Shown one piece after another: positions 55,472 through 64,000 of a stretch of 64,000 nucleotides of DNA. Source of the stretch: Candidatus Zambryskibacteria bacterium RIFOXYC1_FULL_39_10 (GTDB lineage: Bacteria; Patescibacteriota; Minisyncoccia; Phycocordibacterales; WO2-35-19); contig MHWW01000003.1 in the NCBI GenBank assembly GCA_001824275.1, forward strand, positions 19,325-83,324, written 5' to 3'. Each line of letters starts with the position of its first letter. Position 1 is the stretch's first letter. The notes below the pieces were generated by a model. The model was not told the origin of the DNA. It saw only the letters and a list, made by a program, of their open reading frames with translations, and ran no database searches. The translations under genes and the position numbers were made by a program.

Positions 55472-56716
55472 TAACTTAATTTTGCGGGCGGCAAAAATAG
55501 TCATTTGCAGGAGTAGCCAGCCGTGTCTAAAACGGCTGATATTGGTAGTGCCATAAGTTCTCTCTTGATAATGAATCGGTAAATCAATAATTTTAAGATT
55601 GAGTTTGGCGGCACCAAAAAGCAAATCGAAATCGCCAAACGGATCAAAGTCACCAAAAAACTTTCGATTAGCTTTGACATCTTCATAATCCTTTTTCCAA
55701 ATTACTTTGGTGCCACAAAGGGTGTCTTTGAGTCTCTGATCCAAAATAGCACTGAACGCAAGACTGAAAAACTTATTGCCCAAAATATTGAGAACTCGCA
55801 TAGACTCTTTTTGAAGTGGATAAATTAAACGACAGCCGTTTATAAACTCTCCCTTATTTTGGACGATGGCATCATAAAATTTCTTCATTTCTGGTGCAGG
55901 CACTGTCATATCAGCATCATAAATGGTTAGTATATCCCCTGTTGCCATTTCAAACCCCTTTCTTACTGCATCACCCTTTCCTTTGTCTTCTTGTTTTCCA
56001 TATAATATTTTTTTAGTATTTTTATATTTTTCTGCAACCCGCACTATTTCATCGTAAGTATTATCAGTAGAATTCCCCTCAATAAATATTATTTCAGTAA
56101 ACGAGCCGAGATCTGGCAAATCTTTGGCAATCTTCTCTATCGTACCCGCTTCGTTTCTAGCCGGTACTACTATAGAAATAGACGGCAAACTTTTTTCATC
56201 AGAATAAGTTTTTGTTATATGCTTTCTTAAAACTACATAATGGAAAAGTCCCATTCTAGAGAAAGGAAAAATATTGGCGATATATTTGTTGAGGAATGAG
56301 GATACAACAGGAATGTAAATCGGCATTATCATTTTCGTACCAAACTTAATTACTTCCAAGTTGGCTAGGTGAGCAAAATTTTTGATATCGTTTATTGAAA
56401 GCCAATTTTGCTCTATTTTTAATGTAGATCTTAATCTAAATATTGAAGCCAATCGCAGCACCGGCTCCCACAATGAACTATATTGAGTAATCACTATTCG
56501 TCCATCATCATTTAAATACTTTTGTATCTCGGTAAAATATTTTTGAATATCATAAACATAACCAAGAGCATCAGAAACTACCAGGTAGTCATAATCACCC
56601 TTGGACTCTTCTTTTATTTCAAATTTGAGAGTTAAGGTCTTTTTATTACTTGGAACAAGAAAATTTAAGAAAGAATCTAAGTAATTATGGTAATAGTTTG
56701 CAAACAATTTGTTCAT
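55466..56716 (-). CDS. GT2 glycosyltransferase with degenerate N-terminal methyltransferase-like region
   Basis: VPARNE, GKGDAVRKG, DADM, DTLCGTK, FDPFGDFDLL. Confidence 0.88.
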   Translation of the reverse strand: MNKLFANYYHNYLDSFLNFLVPSNKKTLTLKFEIKEESKGDYDYLVVSDALGYVYDIQKYFTEIQKYLNDDGRIVITQYSSLWEPVLRLASIFRLRSTLKIEQNWLSINDIKNFAHLANLEVIKFGTKMIMPIYIPVVSSFLNKYIANIFPFSRMGLFHYVVLRKHITKTYSDEKSLPSISIVVPARNEAGTIEKIAKDLPDLGSFTEIIFIEGNSTDNTYDEIVRVAEKYKNTKKILYGKQEDKGKGDAVRKGFEMATGDILTIYDADMTVPAPEMKKFYDAIVQNKGEFINGCRLIYPLQKESMRVLNILGNKFFSLAFSAILDQRLKDTLCGTKVIWKKDYEDVKANRKFFGDFDPFGDFDLLFGAAKLNLKIIDLPIHYQERTYGTTNISRFRHGWLLLQMTIFAARKIKLL

Positions 56717-57746
56717 ATAGTTTATCAGTTAAGGCCTTCAGGCTATGATTGTTTATAACATAATCTGTGAGTTTTTGACAGACTTCCTTTTTTAATACAG
56801 GAGGGGCGTTAAGCCAAAAATCTATCCTGCTAGCGACATCTTCCGGGTTAGGTTCTGCAATCATTCCCTCATCAATCTCCCCCGACAAAGACTTATTAGT
56901 GACGACAAGCAAACAACCACAAGCGGCTGCTTCTAAAATTGTTTTATCAAAACTGCCAGACGGAGTGAGGTTTACATAAATATTGTGCTCCCTATAAATT
57001 TTAGGAGTTTCGTAATTTGGTACACTTTTATAAAAATTAATTTTATTTTTTAAATTTAATTTCTCTACTTTATTTTTAAGAGATTCAAAATAATCTCCCG
57101 TATCTGGCGTTGGATTCCCATAAAAATCACAGACAAAATCAATTCCCTTTTTATCTAAAATATTTAAAGCCTCAACCAGCAAATCTGGTTTTTTAATCGT
57201 ATCCATCCTCCCCAAAAACAATATTTTATTCCTTATTTCGGATTTCGGATTTCGGATTTCGGATTTAAACACATTTGTGTTTATACCAACTGGCATCAAT
57301 ATAGTCTTCTTATATTTTGCCACAAAAGCAAATTTTGAAGTGCAAAAAACTTTATCTGCAAACCAGACTGCTATTCTGGTAAAAGTATTGCCAAATTGGT
57401 GATTTCGCCAAAAATATATTTTTTTTCTAAGAATTTTCCAAATAAATCCACCTAATAAAATGTATTCCTGATTCATGTGCACAAAAACAGAATCATATTC
57501 TTTGTGTAATCCTAAAATCAAATTTAGAAAATTTTTAACATATTTTATTTTGCTCTTACCAGACTCCTTACCTAAAGAATATACCTTCACATTGCTCGGC
57601 AGATTATATTCACCCTTTTCAAGGCAAATAACTGTTACTTTTTCAAACTTTTTAGAAAATTCTTCAATCCATCGATGGAAAAAACCAAGTATTGGGTCAT
57701 TTTTGTTCACTTTTTGAGTCAATATTAGTAAATTCATGACGGTCAA
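56685..57746 (-). CDS. GT4 glycosyltransferase
   Basis: DPILGFFH, FLGRM..IK, GSFDKTILEAAACG. Confidence 0.85.
   Translation of the reverse strand: MTVMNLLILTQKVNKNDPILGFFHRWIEEFSKKFEKVTVICLEKGEYNLPSNVKVYSLGKESGKSKIKYVKNFLNLILGLHKEYDSVFVHMNQEYILLGGFIWKILRKKIYFWRNHQFGNTFTRIAVWFADKVFCTSKFAFVAKYKKTILMPVGINTNVFKSEIRNPKSEIRNKILFLGRMDTIKKPDLLVEALNILDKKGIDFVCDFYGNPTPDTGDYFESLKNKVEKLNLKNKINFYKSVPNYETPKIYREHNIYVNLTPSGSFDKTILEAAACGCLLVVTNKSLSGEIDEGMIAEPNPEDVASRIDFWLNAPPVLKKEVCQKLTDYVINNHSLKALTDKLYEQIVCKLLP
57235..57266. repeat. Heptamer tandem repeat (ATTTCGG)x4.5 inside a CDS
   Basis: Encodes KSEIRNPKSEI. Confidence 0.85.
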
Positions 57747-57748
57747 GA

Positions 57749-58402
57749 TTATTCTTTCTTATTTTTAGAAATCCAAAATAAATCGAAAGCAAACAAAGAT
57801 GGAAAAATTTTTGATAATTTTCTGTATCGACCCAATCCAATTATTTTCACATCATTAAATTGTTTCTTTAGTATATCGTTAAGCTCACCATAACTGAATT
57901 GATTTATATGGGTTGGATCTGATAACGGAGTCCATTTTTTTGATCCGAATAAATATCTAATTCTGTTTTTCAAACTAAAAGCATTAGGTACCGAACCAAT
58001 AAAAATACCCTCGCTATTCATATGTCTTAATATAGATTTTAATATTTTTTCTGGATAATATAAATGTTCCAACACTTCACCCGCCACTACCACATCAAAT
58101 TTTTTGTCCCCCAGCTCATTCCAGTCACCATTCAAATCCATATGGATTGTTTTAATACCAAAATTCATTTCCGCTTCATGTAAAGCTTTTATATCTATAT
58201 CCACCCCAAGAATATCATTGTCATCTATAAAATGCTTCGTTAATGTGCCATCTCTACATCCTATATCAATAATCTTTTTACCTTTACCTATATATTTTTT
58301 TAACAAATCACCTCTCTCTTTCTCTAAAATACTAAAATTTTGCGGTCTATTATTTAGATGATGATCTTGATAAATTTTTTGAATTGAGTTTTTCATGTTC
58401 AT
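57749..58402 (-). CDS. Class I SAM methyltransferase
   Basis: IDIGCRDG, GEVLEHL, SVPN. Confidence 0.87.
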   Translation of the reverse strand: MNMKNSIQKIYQDHHLNNRPQNFSILEKERGDLLKKYIGKGKKIIDIGCRDGTLTKHFIDDNDILGVDIDIKALHEAEMNFGIKTIHMDLNGDWNELGDKKFDVVVAGEVLEHLYYPEKILKSILRHMNSEGIFIGSVPNAFSLKNRIRYLFGSKKWTPLSDPTHINQFSYGELNDILKKQFNDVKIIGLGRYRKLSKIFPSLFAFDLFWISKNKKE

Positions 58403-58442
58403 GATATAAATATACCATCAAAAGATAATCTAGAAATACATT

Positions 58443-59993
58443 TTATTTCTCATTAAAGATAAAAAACTTATACAAGACAAAATTTTGAATCATTACAAAA
58501 AAGCCGGCAATGAGTTGAGCTAGAATATACCAGATTCCCAATATTTCCACACATAATGATATAAATATTGTATTAGTTATTACTCCTAAAACAGCCGCTA
58601 TAAAAAATCTAGAAAACTGATGGTGTATTTTATCTGTATTTTTATCCTCAAATACAACAAATTTTTGTAAAACAAAACTTACTATCAAAGAAATCAGAAA
58701 AGCGATAACTGAAGAGTATAAATACCAAATACCTAAAGTATCTGTAAAAATATATAGAGAAATAATATTTATAGCTGCAGATGTAATACCACATATAAAA
58801 TACCTGATAAGCATAATGGAATTAAAAACAGTTTTATTAAATTCAAAAACTCTAGATATAAAATTTCTCTTTTTATAATTATCTGCAGTTCTTATTACAG
58901 AGTCAGTATATTTTTTATAATAATCATCTAGCAAAGCTAAGTGTTTTTGCGCTTCCATTTTTGCCATCTCTCCCATTTTTTGGGCCAAGTTTTTATCCTG
59001 ATAAATTTTTAAAATATTATGGTTAAAAGATTCTGAGTCCTTAGCATCACAAACAAAAGCTGAATCTTTATTAAATACATCTCCAGCTATCCCAGTATCA
59101 GACAAAATCAGGGGTAATCCAAAATAAGCCGCTTCAACCGTAGAGACGCCGTAACCTTCGTAAAGTGATGCCGACACAAAAGCATCTGCCATTTTGTAAT
59201 ATGGCTTCAAATCATTCTCCCAACCTGTAAAATAAATTTGTTCCAAAATGCCCATATTTTGAGCCATTTTTTGAATATTAATTTTCTCTGATCCGTCCCC
59301 TACCAAACAAAGTCCAATATTTTTATTATCTAAATTTTTTATTGCCCTCAAAACTGTTTCAATATTCTTCTCTTTCTCTAAACGACAGACCATAATCAAA
59401 GTAAACGGAAAAGGCTTTTTAAAAGGTCTCCCCTTTGGCCCCTCATTTCCTAAGGGGAGACCTTGGGAAATTTCCATTTTTATAGGCAACACATCAATAT
59501 TTTTAGAAAATGCACCTATTGAATTTTTGATTCTTTCTGACACTACCCTCACCCTATCAGAATATTTCAAGGTAAATTCTGACATCATAAACCTAATTTT
59601 ATTTAGGAGTGACGATTCTCTAAAATATTTGTGTGCTAAATCAGTATGAATCTGAATATGGAGTGGCAAACCGTAAAACAATTTTACTAATGTTCCCACC
59701 ATACCGATCTCAAAAGGGTCTTGGCATGAAATTACATAGTTATTTGGTGAATTTTTGAATAATTTTCTAATGATCCTAAAATAATCAAAAAAATAAAATA
59801 TTCTTATATTAGATCTACTTGGATATAAAAATATGTTATCTGAAAGTTTTTGCTCTTGAAATTTTGAGTCATTTGGGGTAAAGACGATTATATGGATTTC
59901 TTCAAAATATTTACCGTATTCTATTTGCCTTTGCCTGACTGCAGAGTCTAACTCAAATATTTTTTGACCCATTCCTAAAGATATTAATTTCAT
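58443..59993 (-). CDS. GT4 glycosyltransferase fused to a C-terminal GtrA-like domain
   Basis: RLEKEKN, EGYGVSTVEA; C-terminal IRYFICG...LGIWYL...QKFVVF four-TM pattern. Confidence 0.88.
   Translation of the reverse strand: MKLISLGMGQKIFELDSAVRQRQIEYGKYFEEIHIIVFTPNDSKFQEQKLSDNIFLYPSRSNIRIFYFFDYFRIIRKLFKNSPNNYVISCQDPFEIGMVGTLVKLFYGLPLHIQIHTDLAHKYFRESSLLNKIRFMMSEFTLKYSDRVRVVSERIKNSIGAFSKNIDVLPIKMEISQGLPLGNEGPKGRPFKKPFPFTLIMVCRLEKEKNIETVLRAIKNLDNKNIGLCLVGDGSEKINIQKMAQNMGILEQIYFTGWENDLKPYYKMADAFVSASLYEGYGVSTVEAAYFGLPLILSDTGIAGDVFNKDSAFVCDAKDSESFNHNILKIYQDKNLAQKMGEMAKMEAQKHLALLDDYYKKYTDSVIRTADNYKKRNFISRVFEFNKTVFNSIMLIRYFICGITSAAINIISLYIFTDTLGIWYLYSSVIAFLISLIVSFVLQKFVVFEDKNTDKIHHQFSRFFIAAVLGVITNTIFISLCVEILGIWYILAQLIAGFFVMIQNFVLYKFFIFNEK
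59423..59464. repeat. Palindromic REP-like doublet in frame in the GT4-GtrA gene
   Basis: aaggtctcccctt-N16-aaggggagacctt, within QGLPLGNEGPKGRPF. Confidence 0.7.
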
Positions 59994-60994
59994 ATTTTTT
60001 TATATACTTCAATAAATTCCTCCGCTATTTGATCCCAAGTATGCACAAAGTTAAAGTTTTTTACTTTCTCTTTTGCTTTTTTATAACCATCTTCTGTTAA
60101 AAGATAAGAAATAGCTTCTTCTATTTCTTTTTCATTTAATGGATCAACAAAGGTCCCAGCCTCTCTTATCCTCTCATATATACCCACTTCCTTGGTACAT
60201 ATAAAGGGCCTGTTGAGCTTTATGGCGTCCAGTATCATATTTGGGCTTATATCACCAAGAGAAACCAAAATAACCGCATAAGCACCCTTCATCTTGTCTA
60301 TAAACTCCTGGTATGGCAGATTTTGAGTAAAAAGAGAAACCTCGCTGTTTTCTTTTTCTATTTTTTTAAAAACCTTTTCCAATACATCAAAATTTTTCCA
60401 TGTTAGATTTCTAGCAGAAGCTATAAATATTTTTGATCTAAAGTTTTCGTCAGATTCTTTGGGTCCATAATAATTTTCTACAATGCAAGTATTTTCCTCT
60501 TTCAGTCCATACTCTTTTACAAAGATATCTTTTTGCCACTTGGTTGAAAAGATAATGCGTCGAGTATTTTTAAGCGTCCATTTAGTAACTATGAAGATGA
60601 TTTTCTCTTTAAAAGTAAGCTTCCTTTTCTCTGTATTATAAAAATTTCTAAACAAAACTTTTTTATTGTGTCTCTCACAATATTGTTCCCAAAGAAAATC
60701 ACCTCCGGTTCTTATAATATTTTTTTTAAAAAATAGTCTGGATGCAAGGGCTGTCGGAAATCCTACTCCATATGTATCTAGCGCAAATACCATATCCGCT
60801 CTTAAAATAGAGGGTATTATTTTTAAAAAAAAGAAAATGTGTCTTATTCCTGTCGGAATTTTATTCTCTATAGTAAATGTTTTTACTGAAACGGAATGAC
60901 CTAGTTTTTCAAAAGCTTCCTTCAGATTTTTAGCGTATTGGGCTGGGCCCCCTATTTTGGGCGGATATATTCCTGTAGTGATAAGAATTTTCAT
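59990..60994 (-). CDS. GT4 glycosyltransferase
   Basis: TGIYPPKIGGPA, DISPNMILDA. Confidence 0.85.
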   Translation of the reverse strand: MKILITTGIYPPKIGGPAQYAKNLKEAFEKLGHSVSVKTFTIENKIPTGIRHIFFFLKIIPSILRADMVFALDTYGVGFPTALASRLFFKKNIIRTGGDFLWEQYCERHNKKVLFRNFYNTEKRKLTFKEKIIFIVTKWTLKNTRRIIFSTKWQKDIFVKEYGLKEENTCIVENYYGPKESDENFRSKIFIASARNLTWKNFDVLEKVFKKIEKENSEVSLFTQNLPYQEFIDKMKGAYAVILVSLGDISPNMILDAIKLNRPFICTKEVGIYERIREAGTFVDPLNEKEIEEAISYLLTEDGYKKAKEKVKNFNFVHTWDQIAEEFIEVYKKI

Positions 60995-62193
60995 TTTATG
61001 TTAAATACCGCACTCATCTGCTTAGCTATTAAATCCCAATCGTATTTTTCTTTCACCATCTTATATGCATTTTCTATTATTTGATTTTTGTTTGGATCAG
61101 AAATTACTTTTTGAACTGTACTCACAATACTTTCTGGATTTTCGGGTTCACAAAAATAACCAGTTGCTATGGCATCAATCCCACTACACATAAGCTTCGC
61201 GGGACTAAAGAGAAAGTCAGTAATTCCGCCAACGGGGGTAGCAATGACTGGCAACTTAGCCGCCATCGCTTCTATAAAGGAAACTCCGAAGCCTTCAGAG
61301 AGTGAGGCTCTGATAAAAATATCACAAGCCTTCAAATATTTTGGAAGACTCTGGTGCGAAACCAAGCCCATAAAAATTACTCTGTCTGAAACCTTTAAGC
61401 TTTTAGCTTTAAGCTTTAAGCTTTCTTCTAAATAACCCTCTCCCAAAATTAAAAACTTAATATTCTCTGAAAGTTTTGTTAAAGCGTGAATCACATCCCC
61501 TACCCCATTTTTCTTTACCAACCTTGATGATGTGACCAAAACAATATCACCTTCTTTTAATTCTAATTCCTGTCTTATTTTTTTCCTTTCTTCTATTTCG
61601 GATTTCGAATTTCGGATTTCGAATTTATTGATGTCTACTCCGTTTGGAATTAGTTCAATCGGAACGTCCACGCCATTCTTTCGCATTCTTTCAATCAAAT
61701 AATTGCTTATTGCAGTTCCAAAATCTGCTTTTTGGAAAACAAGTAAGTGTAAGGGTTTAATTAGCCAGCGGTATAAAAAATTTACACCCAAAACATACCG
61801 CTTAAGATGCTCTTCTTCATCACCTTCTTGCATTGTCAAAATCAATTTAGGTTTTGATTCCTTAATTTTAAATTTAGCCGCCGCAATACTGGCTTGACTG
61901 GCCATCATAGACCAAACGACATCATATTTTTTTTCTTTATAGAGTTTAGCCGCTTTTCTGTGGCCAAAAAGTGCCAACCAAAGTTTATCTAAAGTTTTAA
62001 AACCAAAACCAACTCTGTAAACATTTATATTCCCGATTTTTTCAATACTAGGTAATTTCCGGTCCAGTTTGGCTGTAATCAAATCAAATTGAGTATCAAC
62101 AATTCTGTCAGTAATTTCTTTGACAGCCACCTCTGCCCCACCCACAAACGGGCAATAAGCAGTCGAAAATATGAGTATTTTTTGAGGATTCAT
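60991..62193 (-). CDS. GT4 glycosyltransferase
   Basis: PFVGGAE, SRLVKKNG, SEGFGVSFIEAMA. Confidence 0.9.
   Translation of the reverse strand: MNPQKILIFSTAYCPFVGGAEVAVKEITDRIVDTQFDLITAKLDRKLPSIEKIGNINVYRVGFGFKTLDKLWLALFGHRKAAKLYKEKKYDVVWSMMASQASIAAAKFKIKESKPKLILTMQEGDEEEHLKRYVLGVNFLYRWLIKPLHLLVFQKADFGTAISNYLIERMRKNGVDVPIELIPNGVDINKFEIRNSKSEIEERKKIRQELELKEGDIVLVTSSRLVKKNGVGDVIHALTKLSENIKFLILGEGYLEESLKLKAKSLKVSDRVIFMGLVSHQSLPKYLKACDIFIRASLSEGFGVSFIEAMAAKLPVIATPVGGITDFLFSPAKLMCSGIDAIATGYFCEPENPESIVSTVQKVISDPNKNQIIENAYKMVKEKYDWDLIAKQMSAVFNIK
61595..61626. repeat. Heptamer tandem repeat ATTTCG(G/A)x4.5 inside a CDS; a second heptamer array CTTTAAG lies at 61393-61424
   Basis: Encode KFEIRNSKSEI and SLKLKAKSLK. 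Confidence 0.8.
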
Positions 62194-62222
62194 TAACTAA
62201 ATTATACCAGAAATCCTTATTT

Positions 62223-64000
62223 TTAGCCATTTAAAATTTTTCTGAGAGTATCTTCCGCAACCTCCTTTGGTTTACCGGCTTGCCCCGCCATAGCATTTTG
62301 CGAAGGCTGGGAGACTTTAATTAAATCAGGTTTCTTTTCTTCCCTTGCTACTCCCTGCTCGCTACTGACTACTTTCTGACTTTTAGCTTTCTCTATCGCC
62401 TCTTTCAGAGCATTCACTTTCTCAGGTGTCGCTTCTTTATTTTTATTTTTCTCCCCATGATTTAATTCATGCAGTGATACAACTTCTTTTTTAGGTTCCC
62501 CGCCCGCAACGCTCTCGCTTGCGAGGCGGGCGGGTATTTTTATTTCTTCCCCTTTTTTTCCAATTTCTAAACTCTTATTTCTAATCTCTTTTCCATTTAC
62601 TGCCTCCGCTATCGCTCCTGCTAAAATAGAATTTTTTTGTACCTGCTCTACCTGAGGTTTTGGTTGCTCATATTTTGGACGAGGTTCTTCAAACTTTTTT
62701 TCTACCGGTTTTGATTCGTATTTTGTTTCTCTTCTGGGTTCTTCCTTGTTCATTGGGATTTTGACATAATCTGGTTTTTTTTCTTCCCTTACTACTTGCT
62801 GCTTACTACTTACTACTGGTCTCTGCTCCGGCGCATGCCACTCCTCTATTGCCTTCTCTACATCAACCTTTGTCTGAGAATAAGTTTTGCGAGATAAATT
62901 TAGTGCCTCATCTCTAAACGAAGCCTCGGGTTTTGGGAATGGAGCTAAGGTGGTAGCTGAAAATGGTTGCGAGGCTACCCCATCTATCATTAGTTTTAAA
63001 TAAATTTGAACGAAACCAAGATTTACGATATCTTCAGCGGTGAAAACGGGAGCAAACTCCTTTTCCAAGACCTCAGCATCATAAGAACCGACTCTAAAAG
63101 TGACCATGGTCCCCACGTTACCAAAGACAGCCGCCCTCACTTCTTCAGCCATTTGTTCAATATATTGGTGAGTAATATTTAGACTAAGTTTATATTTCCT
63201 TGCTTCAGAGAGAATATCGGCAAAACTTTTGTTGGCAAAAGACTGAAACTCGTCCACATAAAGATAAAAGTTGGGCAACTTCTTAAGCTTAGTTGGATCA
63301 ACATCAGCGCGAGACATGGCGGCTAAATATATTTTGGTGACAAGCATCGCCCCCAAAAGGTTCGCGTTGTTTTCACCCACCAGCCCTTTTGAAAGGTTTA
63401 CTATCAAAATTTTCTTTTCATCCATTATCTTCCTCACATCAAAAGAAGATTTGGATTGCCCAACAATGTTTCGGATAAGCGGATTAGACACAAATTGACC
63501 GACTTTGTTTTGAATGGCTGGAGTAGCTTCAGCAGCATATTTGTCAGTATATTTGGCAAACTCATCAACCCAAAATGACTTGGTGGTTGGGTCTTTGACA
63601 TTATCAACCACTTTTTTTCGATATTCTTTATCAATAAGCATGCGGTTTATACCTAGCATTGTCGCTCCTGGATACTCCAAAAGAGCTGCCAAAGTATTTT
63701 GCAAAATGTAGGCCATACGAGCTGACCATTGATCCTCCCATATTTTTTCAAAGGCACTCATAAGACCTGAGACCACGAGGTGCCTCCTATCCGGACCGAC
63801 ATCTTCCATCACATTAAAAGAAATAGGAAATTCAGTATCAAAAGGAGCAAAATAAATAACATCTTTGATACGATGTTCTGGAATATAATCAAGCAAAAGG
63901 TCTGCGGTTTTGCCGTGCGGATCTAAGAAGGCCATCCCTTCGCCGTTTTGAATATCTTGAATAGCCATATTCTCAAGCATAGTAGATTTACCCATACCGG
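62223..64000 (-). CDS. TraD/TrwB/VirD4-like (type IV coupling protein / HerA-like) ATPase; 5' end outside the window
   Basis: GMGKS Walker A at the window edge, DPHG, LYVDEFQ Walker B, LSEARKY, AVFGNVGT; low-complexity C-terminus. Confidence 0.88.
   Translation of the reverse strand, partial: GMGKSTMLENMAIQDIQNGEGMAFLDPHGKTADLLLDYIPEHRIKDVIYFAPFDTEFPISFNVMEDVGPDRRHLVVSGLMSAFEKIWEDQWSARMAYILQNTLAALLEYPGATMLGINRMLIDKEYRKKVVDNVKDPTTKSFWVDEFAKYTDKYAAEATPAIQNKVGQFVSNPLIRNIVGQSKSSFDVRKIMDEKKILIVNLSKGLVGENNANLLGAMLVTKIYLAAMSRADVDPTKLKKLPNFYLYVDEFQSFANKSFADILSEARKYKLSLNITHQYIEQMAEEVRAAVFGNVGTMVTFRVGSYDAEVLEKEFAPVFTAEDIVNLGFVQIYLKLMIDGVASQPFSATTLAPFPKPEASFRDEALNLSRKTYSQTKVDVEKAIEEWHAPEQRPVVSSKQQVVREEKKPDYVKIPMNKEEPRRETKYESKPVEKKFEEPRPKYEQPKPQVEQVQKNSILAGAIAEAVNGKEIRNKSLEIGKKGEEIKIPARLASESVAGGEPKKEVVSLHELNHGEKNKNKEATPEKVNALKEAIEKAKSQKVVSSEQGVAREEKKPDLIKVSQPSQNAMAGQAGKPKEVAEDTLRKILNG
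62499..62534. repeat. 36-bp GC-rich palindromic element in frame (PARLASESVAGG)
   Basis: cccgcccgc-N18-gcgggcggg; a related element lies at about 62275-62311. Confidence 0.65.

Noticed and set aside
2629..63711. Numerous 60-145-aa ORFs antisense to or overlapping the long genes in the ORF track
   Set aside because: Shadow frames of well-supported genes with no motifs of their own
62223..64000. Conjugative element or ICE
   Set aside because: No relaxase, VirB4 or mating-pair genes in the window; the upstream context is not visible
1..64000. Alternative genetic code (TGA as Gly or Trp)
   Set aside because: Long conserved genes are intact under code 11 and several end at TGA coupled to the next start

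Overview
This is an AT-rich bacterial chromosomal window read in genetic code 11, with most genes on the minus strand. Gene content suggests a Patescibacteria/CPR (Parcubacteria-like) genome, which is an inference: SecA has an insertion in its SEC-C motif, and there is a giant HTH-TM-fibre-S74 protein, an O-antigen-ligase/TPR fusion, a stand-alone coupling-protein-like ATPase and apparently leaderless starts. Layout from left to right: (1) 1-2430, three nuclease/RNase genes (Zn-ribbon-HTH-PD-(D/E)XK, orphan PemK/MazF, NYN/PIN) interleaved with three antisense promoter-hairpin-U-tract units; (2) a 2416-aa membrane-anchored fibre protein built of modules joined by a nucleotide-identical 23-bp GC-rich motif; (3) a MerR-like HTH, a RAYT tyrosine transposase with a REP-like doublet, and gatB; (4) an alpha-glucan cluster (GH15, GH57, GT4), AI-2E, DedA, NUDIX, HAD and secA; (5) a non-coding island near 24.0-24.7 kb with a 20-aa Lys-rich peptide and two candidate mutually complementary small RNAs; (6) a ~35-kb surface-glycan locus with a legionaminic-acid-like pathway, a HisF/HisH/amidotransferase module, and many glycosyl- and methyltransferases; (7) a 5'-truncated TraD/TrwB-like ATPase. 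Short palindromes and heptamer repeats sit in frame inside several genes. No rRNA, tRNA or CRISPR array was seen. All calls come from motif reading by eye, with no database searches.
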